A DNA stretch of 63,221 bases from an uncultured Planctomycetia bacterium (lineage in GTDB: Bacteria > Omnitrophota > Gorgyraeia > Tantalellales > Tantalellaceae): positions 1 through 63,221 of the forward strand of contig CAYPCX010000005.1 of the NCBI GenBank assembly GCA_964409365.1. The letters run 5' to 3'. The position numbers were made by a program, and so were the translations under genes. The notes under the pieces were generated by a model, which was not told where the DNA came from, did no database searches, and saw only the letters and a list, made by a program, of their open reading frames with translations. Below, piece by piece: positions 46,134 through 55,784 of this stretch (position 1 is its first letter; every line of letters begins with the position of its first letter).

Positions 46134-47030
46134 GACCTGTTCCCGCTTTACGCACGCGAGGAACGATTCATAAGCGCGGTAGGAACTCCTGACCATCGGC
46201 CCGGCCAGGCAGGCACCGAACCCCATCTCACGCGCTTTTTCCTCGAAATAAGCGAACTCGTCGGGACTGTAATACTTTTTGACCGGCCAGTGCTTCCCCG
46301 ACGGCCCCAGATATTGTCCGATGTACACTATATCGACCCCGGCGCTGCGCAGATCGCGCATGGTCCGGAAAATATCCCCTTTTTCCTCCCCGAGACCCGC
46401 GATGATCGCGGATTTTACAAGGATACGCGCGCCTTTTTTCTTAAAACCGGAAAGTCCCTTGAGCGTGTCAAGCGATGTCCGATAATCCGAGTCCGGGCGC
46501 ACGGCCCCGTAAAGATTCTCCGGCATCTCAATGTTGTGGCCGATCACTTCGGCGCCGGAAAACGCCACTTTTTCCAGGAACTCTTTTTTCGCGCCGAGAT
46601 CGGACACAAGAAGTTCAACGGTCGCCTCGGGGGCGTACGCCTTTATCTCCCTGGCCGTACCGGCAAAATGCCCGGCCCCCTTGTCGTAGAGGTCATCCCG
46701 CGTCACCGATGTGACAACGACATATCTGATGCCGAGTTTCCCGACGGCCCTGGCTATCCTTCCCGGTTCGCGGAAATCTATCCCCCGCGGCTCGCCTTTT
46801 TTGACGTCGCAAAAAAGACATCCCCTCGTGCAGATATCCCCCATAATAAGGAAAGTAACGTGCCTTTCCTGCCAGCACTCGCCCCTGTTGGGACACGACG
46901 CTTCCACGCAGACACTGTGAAGCCCGAAATCGCGCAGAAGCTCTTTCACCTCGTTAAAGTTGCCGCCCCATGCGACTTTTCCCCGTATCCAATCCGGCCG
47001 TATCATAATAAAATTATATTCTGGGGACAT
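46122..47030 (-). CDS. lipA: Lipoyl synthase
   Basis: CX4CX5C (CVEASCPNRGEC), CX3CX2C (CTRGCLFC), TSVTRDDL, VRSSYRA. Start uncertain (47051, 47030 or 47006). Confidence 0.93.
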   Translation of the reverse strand: MSPEYNFIMIRPDWIRGKVAWGGNFNEVKELLRDFGLHSVCVEASCPNRGECWQERHVTFLIMGDICTRGCLFCDVKKGEPRGIDFREPGRIARAVGKLGIRYVVVTSVTRDDLYDKGAGHFAGTAREIKAYAPEATVELLVSDLGAKKEFLEKVAFSGAEVIGHNIEMPENLYGAVRPDSDYRTSLDTLKGLSGFKKKGARILVKSAIIAGLGEEKGDIFRTMRDLRSAGVDIVYIGQYLGPSGKHWPVKKYYSPDEFAYFEEKAREMGFGACLAGPMVRSSYRAYESFLACVKREQVLTR

Positions 47031-47051
47031 GTCTGCTCGCCTACATGTCAC

Positions 47052-47813
47052 CTACACAGACGTGTCCCCAGAACCTCCGTCCTTGTTGACTTCCCGTAGT
47101 AATCTCAACGCGTCGCGCGGCGCGTTCGCCTCCGCGTCGTTGTTAAAATATGCGTAAACGTCTTTACCCGCCTCCATGGCTTTTTTTATGAAGTCAGCCC
47201 ATTTGCGTATTTTTTCAGCCTGGTATTTTCCACCGTAAAGGCCGGTGGTCCCGTGGAAACGGATATAACACAGGGGCCCTACCGATATCTCCGGCGAAGC
47301 CGATCCCTTCATGTCATGGAGACACACGGACATCTTCTTCCCGGCAAGTATGCCGTACACGCCGTCGCAATACCAGGAAGGGTCCCTGAACTCAAAAACG
47401 TATGCCAGGTCTTTCGGCAGGATGTCGGTGAATCCGTCAAGCCGGCCCTCGTTCACCGCCCAGTGCGGAGGCAATTGAAAAAGTACGGGCCCCAGGTGCT
47501 CCTTCAGGATACGGGCGTGTTCCAAAAAACGCTTTACCGGTTCGTCGGGATCTTTGAGCTTTTTCATGTGAGTGATGAACCGGTTACCTTTGACAGCGTA
47601 AAGAAAACCGGACGGCGCCTGGTCATGCCATCTTTTGAAAACGGTCTCCTCCGGCAGCCGGTAAAAAGTGTTATTGATCTCGACCGTGGAAAAGATGGAA
47701 GAATACCCCTCGAACCAGGTCTTCGAGGAACTTTTGGCCGGATAGAAAAGCCCTTTCCAGTGGTTATAGTTCCAGCCGGAACAGCCTACATGCAGTGAAG
47801 GCTTTTTTTTCAA
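47052..47813 (-). CDS. DUF72 domain protein
   Basis: VGCSGWNYNHWKG, VEINNTFY, LFQLPP, EFRDPSW, YIRFHG, YFNND. Confidence 0.9.
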   Translation of the reverse strand: MKKKPSLHVGCSGWNYNHWKGLFYPAKSSSKTWFEGYSSIFSTVEINNTFYRLPEETVFKRWHDQAPSGFLYAVKGNRFITHMKKLKDPDEPVKRFLEHARILKEHLGPVLFQLPPHWAVNEGRLDGFTDILPKDLAYVFEFRDPSWYCDGVYGILAGKKMSVCLHDMKGSASPEISVGPLCYIRFHGTTGLYGGKYQAEKIRKWADFIKKAMEAGKDVYAYFNNDAEANAPRDALRLLREVNKDGGSGDTSV

Positions 47814-47866
47814 GATCGACTCTCGCCTGACACCTTTCCCCCGTCAGAACGCTGTTGACAAAGGAT

Positions 47867-50800
47867 CTACGCGGCTTCCGTTTTAACGGGGTTTACTTCT
47901 TCTTTTTCCTCCCCGCAGTATTTTCTTTCGGAGAGATACTTATAAAGGTCGTAATGGTCCCTCACCAGCTTCTGCGCCTTGTTCAGGAGCATCTTGGCCC
48001 TTTCTGGATCCGACTTTTCCAGCATCCTGTACCGGTTCTCGTTATAAATATAATCCTCGAGCGGTATGTCGGGTTCTTTGCTGTCCAGGACGAGCGGATT
48101 TTTACTCTGCGCGCAGAGTTCCGGGTTGTACCTGAAAAGCGGCCAGTGGCCCGCCGCGACGGCCTTTTTCTGTTCGTCGCACCCGTTGACCAGGTCGAAA
48201 CCGTGGGCGATACAGTGCGAATAAGCGATGATAATGGACGGCCCGTCGTACATCTCCGCCTCTATGAAGGCCTTGACCGCCTGCATGGGGTTGGCCCCCA
48301 TGGCGATCTTCGCCACGTAAACATACCCGTAGCTCATCGCCATCATACCCAGGTCCTTCTTCCCTATGGGTTTACCGCTTGCCGCGAACTTGGCGATAGC
48401 GCCCATCGGCGTGGCTTTTGACGCCTGCCCGCCCGTATTGGAATAGACCTCCGTATCCAGGACCAGGAGGTTCACGTTTTTGCCCGCGGCCAGGACATGG
48501 TCCAGTCCGCCGTAGCCGATGTCATAGGCCCACCCGTCACCGCCTACGCCCCACACCGATCTGGGGACAAAATAATCCAGGACCGAAAGGAGTTCCTTGC
48601 ACTCGACCGATTTGCACTGCCTGAGAAGCGGCTCGACCTTGGAGATGCGCAGGCGCTGGAGCTCGAACTCTTCCTGCGTTTTCTGCGGACACGCTTTTAG
48701 CTCTTCAAGAAGCGTGATTATCTCCTTCTGGCATTCACCTTTCGATATTATTTTGTCGGCAAGCGTCCTGGCGTATCCCGCGTACTGGTCCGCCGCCAGG
48801 CGCATCCCGTAAGCTATCTCCGCCGCGTCCTCGAACAGGGAGTTGTTCCACGTCGGGCCGCGCCCGTCGGCGCGCTGGCAATACGGCGTGGTCGGCAGAT
48901 TCCCCCCGTAGATGGAAGAACAGCCGGTAGCATTGGCGATTATCGCCCTGTCGCCGAAAAGCTGCGTCAAAAGCTTCACGTAAGCCGTTTCGCCGCAGCC
49001 CGCGCACGCTCCCGAAAACTCGAAAAGCGGCTTGATGAATTGTATACCGTTCATTACGCTGCGGTTATAAAGATGCGGCTCGGGATCGGGTATGCTTAAG
49101 AAATACTCAAAGTTCTTTTCTTCCTGTTCCCTGAGCTCCTCCTGCGGCATCATCTTTATGGCCTCTTTGGCTTTCATGGGACAGTTATGTACACAGACGC
49201 CGCAGCCCGTGCAATCCTCCGGAGCCACCTGGAGGGTGTAAACATAACCCTCGGGCCCTTTCGGTTTGGGAGCGGCATGCTTGAACGTCCCGGGCGCGTC
49301 CTTCAGGAGCTCTTCCTTGTATATCTTCGCGCGTATGACCGAGTGCGGGCACAGCATGGTGCACTTGCCGCATTGGATACAGGTCTCCGGGTTCCAGACG
49401 GGCATGTTGATGGCTATGTTGCGCTTCTCATACTGCGTCGTGCCCGTCGGCCAGGTACCGTCGGACGGCATTTCCGATGTCGTCACGGTCTCGCCTTCCC
49501 TGCGCAGGAGCTTTGCCGTCGTCTCCTTGACGAACTCTGGCGCGTCATCCGGAACGGTCGGCGTTTCCTCGACCTTACCCGTGAACTTTTCAGGCACCTT
49601 GACCTCTTCGCATGCCTCCAGAGCCGCGTCAACAGCGCGGGCGTTCATGTCGACGATCTTATCGCCTTTCGAACCATATGTCTTTTTGATGGCGTGCTTG
49701 ATGGCCTCTACCGCCTTCGCCTCGTCCATCACCCCGGATATCTTGAAGAAAGCGGTCTGCATAGTGGTGTTGATCCTACTCCCCAGACCGATATCCTCGG
49801 CTATCCTGACGGCGTTTATCACGTAGAACTTCAGTTTCTTGTCGATGATCTGCTTCTGTACTTTGGGGGGAAGCTGCTCCCACACGCTACCGGCATCATA
49901 CAGGGACGTAAGGAGGAACGTCCCGCCTTCCTGCAGGTTCTTCAGCATATCATACTTCTCAAGGAAGGAGAAATTGTGGCATGCCAGGAAGTTCGCTTTC
50001 GATATAAAATAGGGGCTGCGTATGGGTTTGGGCCCGAAACGCAGGTGCGATATGGTGACCGCCCCCGCCTTCTTCGAGTCATACTCGAAATAACCCTGGG
50101 CGTAATTGTCGGTCTCCTCGCCTATTATCTTGATGGAGTTCTTGTTGGCCCCTACCGTACCGTCCGACCCGAGGCCGTAGAACATCGCCCTGTAGGTCTG
50201 GTCGCTTTCAGTGCTGAAAGCGGGATCGTAATCGAGGTCCGTCTTCGTCACGTCATCTATGATCCCCACGGTGAAATGGTTCCTGGGTCTTTCTGAGGCC
50301 AGGTTATCGAAGACGCCCTTGATCATGGCCGGCGTGAACTCGGCCGAACCGAGCCCGTACCTGCCGCCGACCGTCTTCGGGTACGTCTTGAACGGTGCGA
50401 ACCCGCCTTCGAGGGCCTCTCCTATGGCCGTACGTACATCCTCATACAGCGGTTCACCGAGGCTCCCCGGCTCCTTGGTCCGGTCAAGGACGGCTATCGC
50501 CTTTGCCGTCCTGGGAAGCGCCGAAACAAAAGCCTTGGTGTCCCATGGCCTGTACAAGCGCACCCTGACGACGCCGACCTTCTCCCCTTTGGCGTTGAGA
50601 TAATCGACCGTTTCATGCACTGCCTCACCGCCGGAGCCCATTATCACTATGACCTTGTTCGCATCCTTCGCGCCGATATAGTCAAAAAGGTTATACTGAC
50701 GGCCCGTTATCTTCGCGAACTTGTCCATGGCCTTTTGAACTATGGCGGGACATTCCAGATAGTACTTATTCACCGATTCTCTCCCCTGAAAATATACATC

Positions 50801-51466
50801 GGGGTTCTGGGATGTTCCCCGAAGCACCGGATGCTCGGGGTTCATACCCCACTTCCTGTGCGCCCAGATATACTTTTCGTCAAGCATCGCCTTCATATCG
50901 TCGAAAGTCAGTTCTTCGATCTTCTGTATCTCATGTGATATGCGGAACCCTTCGAAAAAATGGAGGAACGGTACCCTGCTTTCCAGCGTCGCGGCTTGGG
51001 CGATAAGAGCGAAATCCATGGTCTCCTGCACACTGCCCGAAGAAAGGAGCCCCCAGCCTGTCGCCCTGGTAGCCATTACGTCGGAATGATCGCCGAATAT
51101 GGAAAGCGCCTGGCACGCGATCGAACGCGAAGCAATGTGGAAGACCGTCGGCGTAAGCTCACCGGCTATCTTGTACATGTTGGGTATCATCAAGAGAAGC
51201 CCCTGTGAAGCAGTAAAAGTCGTGGTCAGAGCTCCCGTGGTCAGCGATCCGTGCACCGCGCCCGAGGCGCCGCCTTCCGACTGCAGCTCGACTACCGTGG
51301 GGACAGAGCCCCATATGTTCGTTTCGCCTTTGGCGGATTTCTCGTCGGCTATCTCTCCCATAGGGGAAGACGGTGTAATAGGATATATAGCTATGACTTC
51401 GTTCGTCGCGTGCGCCACATGCGCGACAGCACTGTTGCCGTCATAAGGAACCATATTACGTCCCAT
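47867..51466 (-). CDS. nifJ: Pyruvate:ferredoxin (flavodoxin) oxidoreductase, homodimeric type
   Basis: YPITPSSPM, QSEGGASG, GLGSDGTVGANK, two 4Fe-4S motifs, SGACAGCGET, GGDGWAYDIG, DTEVYSNTGGQ. Confidence 0.96.
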   Translation of the reverse strand: MGRNMVPYDGNSAVAHVAHATNEVIAIYPITPSSPMGEIADEKSAKGETNIWGSVPTVVELQSEGGASGAVHGSLTTGALTTTFTASQGLLLMIPNMYKIAGELTPTVFHIASRSIACQALSIFGDHSDVMATRATGWGLLSSGSVQETMDFALIAQAATLESRVPFLHFFEGFRISHEIQKIEELTFDDMKAMLDEKYIWAHRKWGMNPEHPVLRGTSQNPDVYFQGRESVNKYYLECPAIVQKAMDKFAKITGRQYNLFDYIGAKDANKVIVIMGSGGEAVHETVDYLNAKGEKVGVVRVRLYRPWDTKAFVSALPRTAKAIAVLDRTKEPGSLGEPLYEDVRTAIGEALEGGFAPFKTYPKTVGGRYGLGSAEFTPAMIKGVFDNLASERPRNHFTVGIIDDVTKTDLDYDPAFSTESDQTYRAMFYGLGSDGTVGANKNSIKIIGEETDNYAQGYFEYDSKKAGAVTISHLRFGPKPIRSPYFISKANFLACHNFSFLEKYDMLKNLQEGGTFLLTSLYDAGSVWEQLPPKVQKQIIDKKLKFYVINAVRIAEDIGLGSRINTTMQTAFFKISGVMDEAKAVEAIKHAIKKTYGSKGDKIVDMNARAVDAALEACEEVKVPEKFTGKVEETPTVPDDAPEFVKETTAKLLRREGETVTTSEMPSDGTWPTGTTQYEKRNIAINMPVWNPETCIQCGKCTMLCPHSVIRAKIYKEELLKDAPGTFKHAAPKPKGPEGYVYTLQVAPEDCTGCGVCVHNCPMKAKEAIKMMPQEELREQEEKNFEYFLSIPDPEPHLYNRSVMNGIQFIKPLFEFSGACAGCGETAYVKLLTQLFGDRAIIANATGCSSIYGGNLPTTPYCQRADGRGPTWNNSLFEDAAEIAYGMRLAADQYAGYARTLADKIISKGECQKEIITLLEELKACPQKTQEEFELQRLRISKVEPLLRQCKSVECKELLSVLDYFVPRSVWGVGGDGWAYDIGYGGLDHVLAAGKNVNLLVLDTEVYSNTGGQASKATPMGAIAKFAASGKPIGKKDLGMMAMSYGYVYVAKIAMGANPMQAVKAFIEAEMYDGPSIIIAYSHCIAHGFDLVNGCDEQKKAVAAGHWPLFRYNPELCAQSKNPLVLDSKEPDIPLEDYIYNENRYRMLEKSDPERAKMLLNKAQKLVRDHYDLYKYLSERKYCGEEKEEVNPVKTEAA

Positions 51467-51548
51467 TGCAGAACCTCCTGTTTTAAATGTTTGATAAGGG
51501 GTGAATTGACGTGTTTTAGGTGCTTATTGTATCATAAGTAACAATCAA

Positions 51549-51583
51549 AAAAAAGGGCGGAACTTGAAGTTCCGCCCTTTTTT
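51549..51583. terminator. Intrinsic terminator (bidirectional shape)
   Basis: AAAAAAGGGCGGAACT-TGA-AGTTCCGCCCTTTTTT, downstream of the 52400-51606 gene. Confidence 0.85.
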
Positions 51584-51605
51584 GAACATCACGCAAAGAA
51601 TGAAC

Positions 51606-52400
51606 TTAGGCTATTCCCTCCGGCTGCTGCGGCTGCTGCGCGCCGCCCCCGACAAGAGACATGTAAAAGCTCATGAACGCGATCATCATGACTATCGGTA
51701 TATAGGACTGCACCGCCGCGTTCACGATCGCTATGATGATCTGGCTTATGTTCACCGCCAGAGGCACCGTGATGAGCCCCACTATAAAACCTATAATAAG
51801 AGAGATGAGCAGGCTGATGACAAGGAGCACGACGAAAAGACCCAGGGTCTTCCAGAAATTGGACTTTGCCGTGGCCACACCCTTCTTCAGGGCGGCCAGC
51901 GCGCCTATATCATCCACGACTATCGAATATATGGGGTATATCAGAAGTGTTATCGCCACAATGGCCGCCACCGTGACCAGGGTAGCGACAATGCTCCTTG
52001 TTCCTATATTATCGCCCAGAAGCAGTATCCCGGCACTGATAAGGCTGAGCACCAGGACGATACCTATCGCTATGAGTATATATAGCAGAAGCAGCACAAG
52101 TATGCGTACGTAGAACTTTTTCCCGTAGTCCGTGAACTGGGCCATGCTGGAAGAAGCGGTCTTTATCTGGTCCTTAACAAGCCCGAGAGCCCCGCCCTGC
52201 AGGAAGATGAAGACCAGGAAGAACAGTATGCTTGAGATGATGGATACCGCTATGATCCCGGGGTTACCGGCCCTCGCCGGGTTGGCCAGAGGCAGGCTGA
52301 TAAGCCCTATGACCACGTTGAACACGAAAAAAACAAGGATCACGTTCATGAGCTTCGCGGACAGCGCGAAACCTTTTTTGACAGCTTCCATAACGCCCAT
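51606..52400 (-). CDS. Conserved integral membrane protein, function unknown
   Basis: Six to seven hydrophobic helices, ALAALKKG...NFWKTL pattern, host-like codon usage. Confidence 0.75.
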   Translation of the reverse strand: MGVMEAVKKGFALSAKLMNVILVFFVFNVVIGLISLPLANPARAGNPGIIAVSIISSILFFLVFIFLQGGALGLVKDQIKTASSSMAQFTDYGKKFYVRILVLLLLYILIAIGIVLVLSLISAGILLLGDNIGTRSIVATLVTVAAIVAITLLIYPIYSIVVDDIGALAALKKGVATAKSNFWKTLGLFVVLLVISLLISLIIGFIVGLITVPLAVNISQIIIAIVNAAVQSYIPIVMMIAFMSFYMSLVGGGAQQPQQPEGIA

Positions 52401-52548
52401 AGATTACCTCCTTTAAAAACCTTAAAAAAGGAACTCTGACCTGTTATGCTCCAATAATTTAGCTACTAAAAGTATAATGAAATAATGGCAAATGTCAAAG
52501 CACAAATACCAAAGTTTTTGTCATCGGATTTCACCATTTGTCATTACA

Positions 52549-53151
52549 TTATATGCCCCTGCGTTCCTCCAGGGCCCTCTGCAGGGTAGCCACATCCGCG
52601 TATTCCACGCTCGCCCCTACCGGTACGCCGTGCGCCAGGCGCGTGACCTTCACTTTCAGGGGTTTGAGCACCTCCATAAGATATAATGCCGTCGTTTCGC
52701 CTTCCGTCGTGAAATCAGTGGCGATGATGACTTCTTTTACCGCCTCTTTTCTTATCCTGCGGATAAGTTCCTTTATCTTCAGATCGTCCGGCCCTACCCC
52801 GTCTATAGGGGAAAGTTCACCGAGAAGGACGTGATAGAGACCCCGGTATATACCGCCTTTCTCCATGGCTATGACGCCGCTGGGCCCCTCGACCACGCAT
52901 ATCATCGACGCGTCACGCGACGGATCGGAACATATCCCGCAGATCCGGTCCTCGCTCAGGTTGTTGCACCTGGCGCAGAACCTTACGTTCTCTTTGACCT
53001 CCCTGATAAAACGGAGCAACGAATCTATTTCCTCGCCGGAAGACTGGAGAATATGGAAAGTGAGCCTCTGCGCCGAACGCGGACCGATGCCGGGCATCCT
53101 GCTGAACGCCTCTATGAGCCTGGTCATGGCCCCGGGGAAACCTTTTATCAC
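52549..53151 (-). CDS. recR: Recombination mediator RecR
   Basis: PGIGPRSAQRL, C4 zinc finger, Toprim domain, GVPVGASVEYAD. Confidence 0.96.
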   Translation of the reverse strand: MIKGFPGAMTRLIEAFSRMPGIGPRSAQRLTFHILQSSGEEIDSLLRFIREVKENVRFCARCNNLSEDRICGICSDPSRDASMICVVEGPSGVIAMEKGGIYRGLYHVLLGELSPIDGVGPDDLKIKELIRRIRKEAVKEVIIATDFTTEGETTALYLMEVLKPLKVKVTRLAHGVPVGASVEYADVATLQRALEERRGI

Positions 53152-54854
53152 TTGTTGTCCTCCGTGTAATCACGGATGACCTGGCCGCCGAAGACGTCTA
53201 TCGTCTTCTCGATCACGGGTTTCATATTCTCGCTGACCTTGGTTTTCTTCCCGGGTACCGCGGGGGGCTCTTCATCCGGGGCCTTCCCCAGGAATTCCAG
53301 AAGAGTGAACTCAAGCTTGGGGGTATTGCCCGTGACCTTGCTCACCGCTTCCTCTATAACGCTCTTGTTGCTTTCCGCCTCAAGCGCGTCTTTATTGAAA
53401 GAATGCTCTTTCGCGAAACCTATTACCACCTTTTTATCGCTGAACTCCACGGGTTTACCCGCGCTAAGGAAAGTGAAGACCGACATCTTCTTGCCCTTGA
53501 CGTAATTCAGCACGGCTTTCCAGTGGGCTTTAGCCGAGTCAAATCCCCCGGGCGGCTGGTCCGCATTGTCCGGTTCTTCCAGAAAATCCTGTTTTCCGCG
53601 GCTGTCCCTGGAAGACCTGACGCTCTGCACATGGTATCCGTTCTGGTCCGCTGACGCCATGGCCCCGGCTGACGCGGTCTTACCGGACGGGGCATCGGCA
53701 GCCGGGAAAAAGCCGCCCTCTCCCATACCCTCAAGTCTTGAAAGGATGTCCGGGAGCGCGAGCACGTACCTGCGCCTGGTAAGACGAATAAGGGTTATCT
53801 CCAGCGGCGCGCGGGCGAACACAGCGCCCTTCATTAGGGTCAGACAGTGGGAAAGGTTCTGCAGTACGTACAGTATCTCTTCCAGCGAAAGCTTTGCCGT
53901 CTCCTGCTCGAGCTTCGCGAGCTCTTCATCCGTAAAAGCCATATCCGTCGTCGTCGAGCCGACGGTTTTCAGCACCATGAGGTCCCTGTAATGGGCGATA
54001 AGGCTGTTCACCAGAAAAACCGGATCCTTGCCGTTATTTATCATCTCGTCCAGTATGACGGCTACCGCTTTCGGATCGTTGCCTATGATAGCGCCCGAGA
54101 GCTCGAACATCTTGTCCTGGTGTATCATGCCGAGAAGCTCGACGACCTCTTCGGGCAGTATTTTCTTCCCCGAGAAAGAGACCATCTGGTCCAGTACTAC
54201 CAGCGCGTCCCTGAGGCTGCCGTCCGCCGAACGGGAGATCAAAAGGGCCGCCTTTTCGTCGACGTTTATCTTCTCCTTTTCGGCTATATCCACCAGCCGG
54301 TCAAAGATCATCTTCGGGGGTATCCTCTTGAAGTCGAACCTCTGGCACCGCGACATGATGGTCGCGAGGACCTTGTGCGGTTCGGTAGTGGCGAATATGA
54401 ACTTGACGTGCTCCGGCGGTTCTTCCAGCGTCTTCAGGAGCGCGTTGAACGCTTCCTGGGTCAGCATGTGGACCTCATCTATGATGTATATCTTGAACTT
54501 TCCTTTTGAGGGCGAGAATTTGACGTTCTCCCGCAGGGTCCGGATCTCGTCGATGCCCCTGTTGGACGCGCCGTCTATCTCGAGAACGTCTATGCTGTTA
54601 GCCTGGGATATCTCCCGGCAGGAAGTGCAATCGTTGCACGGTCTTTTCGACGCCGCCCTTTCGCAGTTGAGCGTCTTGGACAAGAGGCGGGCCACGGACG
54701 TCTTGCCCACGCCTCTCGGCCCGCAGAAGATATAGGCGTTCGCTACCCTACCCTGCGAGATGGAGTTCTTGAGCGTCCTTGTAACGGCTTCCTGCCCTAT
54801 CACGTCGTCAAACGTCTGGGGCCTGTATTTCTGGGCTAATACCTGGTATGACAT
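53148..54854 (-). CDS. dnaX: DNA polymerase III subunits gamma/tau
   Basis: KYRPQTF, GPRGVGKT, EIDGASNRG, IIDEVHML, LLKTLEEPP, SRCQRF, GSLRDA. Confidence 0.96.
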   Translation of the reverse strand: MSYQVLAQKYRPQTFDDVIGQEAVTRTLKNSISQGRVANAYIFCGPRGVGKTSVARLLSKTLNCERAASKRPCNDCTSCREISQANSIDVLEIDGASNRGIDEIRTLRENVKFSPSKGKFKIYIIDEVHMLTQEAFNALLKTLEEPPEHVKFIFATTEPHKVLATIMSRCQRFDFKRIPPKMIFDRLVDIAEKEKINVDEKAALLISRSADGSLRDALVVLDQMVSFSGKKILPEEVVELLGMIHQDKMFELSGAIIGNDPKAVAVILDEMINNGKDPVFLVNSLIAHYRDLMVLKTVGSTTTDMAFTDEELAKLEQETAKLSLEEILYVLQNLSHCLTLMKGAVFARAPLEITLIRLTRRRYVLALPDILSRLEGMGEGGFFPAADAPSGKTASAGAMASADQNGYHVQSVRSSRDSRGKQDFLEEPDNADQPPGGFDSAKAHWKAVLNYVKGKKMSVFTFLSAGKPVEFSDKKVVIGFAKEHSFNKDALEAESNKSVIEEAVSKVTGNTPKLEFTLLEFLGKAPDEEPPAVPGKKTKVSENMKPVIEKTIDVFGGQVIRDYTEDNK

Positions 54855-54904
54855 GGTTAAACAACTTTATAACACAGGGGTAAAATAAATGCAAGGCCCG
54901 CGTT

Positions 54905-54975
54905 CCAGAGATCAGAAGTCAGAAGACAGAGGTCAGATCTTCTCTGTCATCTGACCTCTGTCTTCTGTTTTCTGA
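54905..54975. repeat. Heptamer-built inverted repeat (probable terminator)
   Basis: CAGAAGACAGAGGTCAGAT (54920-54938) pairs perfectly with 54949-54967; 10-nt loop; spans the TGA of the upstream gene. Confidence 0.8.
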
Positions 54976-55750
54976 AATACGCCACCATGCGGGCATACAT
55001 GAGCTTTCCGTTGAAATAAGCGCCGACCAGTTTGCCGTCGTTCCCTTTTGCCCCTTTCACGGGTCCGGGGCCGGAACCCATCGGGGCCGGCTGGGGCGCG
55101 ATCCCGCCGCTGGCCAGTATACCCACTATCGAACATGAATCTTCCCATCTGGCAAAACACTCGGATATCGCGCCGGCCGAAGCGCGCAGGACGACCAGCG
55201 TGCTTTCTTCCTGCCGCGGCGCCCTGTAAAGCATGTAATTGTAAAGTTCCGTTTCCGACATGTCCTTCGCTCCCGGGGAACTACCGGAACTTACCACGAC
55301 GGGCATGTTATTACAGGGCGGCAGCGTATACGTGCAGGACGCTCCCTGAGGGAACGGTATGTTCCTGTGCGCGTAACCTTTCTGCCATTTCCGCATACCG
55401 CTTTCGACGGCTTCCGCTACGGCCTTAACGCAGCCTATATAATCCTGGGGCCTGCCGCTCCTGTCAAAGTATGAAAGTATGCTCGATGCCGTAAGTACCG
55501 GCCCCTTCAGGCCGCCCGGCCTGAGGATGCCGTATGACCCTTCGACGTCAACGTCATTGACCAGGATGGAATCCTGCCACCTCCTCCAGGCCTTACTGAC
55601 AAGAGAGGACATATCTTTCGCGAACTCTTCCCTGCTTTCAAGTGTAGGAAAAAGTCCTTCAGAGGTTTCAGCAGCGGACGGGCCGCAGTAAAAAAATACG
55701 GCAAATAGAAGCAGAAAAGTGAGCGTCCAGGGATGCTTCATACCATTCAT
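54947..55750 (-). CDS. Secreted hypothetical protein with internal W-x-x-W helical repeats and a Pro/Gly-rich tail
   Basis: Signal peptide; AWRRWQDS, MRKWQKG, FARWEDS; GGIAPQPAPMGSGPGPV. Confidence 0.7.
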   Translation of the reverse strand: MNGMKHPWTLTFLLLFAVFFYCGPSAAETSEGLFPTLESREEFAKDMSSLVSKAWRRWQDSILVNDVDVEGSYGILRPGGLKGPVLTASSILSYFDRSGRPQDYIGCVKAVAEAVESGMRKWQKGYAHRNIPFPQGASCTYTLPPCNNMPVVVSSGSSPGAKDMSETELYNYMLYRAPRQEESTLVVLRASAGAISECFARWEDSCSIVGILASGGIAPQPAPMGSGPGPVKGAKGNDGKLVGAYFNGKLMYARMVAYFRKQKTEVR

Positions 55751-55784
55751 TATATTCCCGCCCGAGCGGGTGTGTCAAAGGAAG

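Noticed and set aside
53148-54854. Programmed -1 frameshift in dnaX, or a missing ybaB as a novelty
   Set aside because: No A-AAA-AAG slippery site with a stimulatory hairpin was noticed; direct dnaX-recR adjacency occurs in many lineages.
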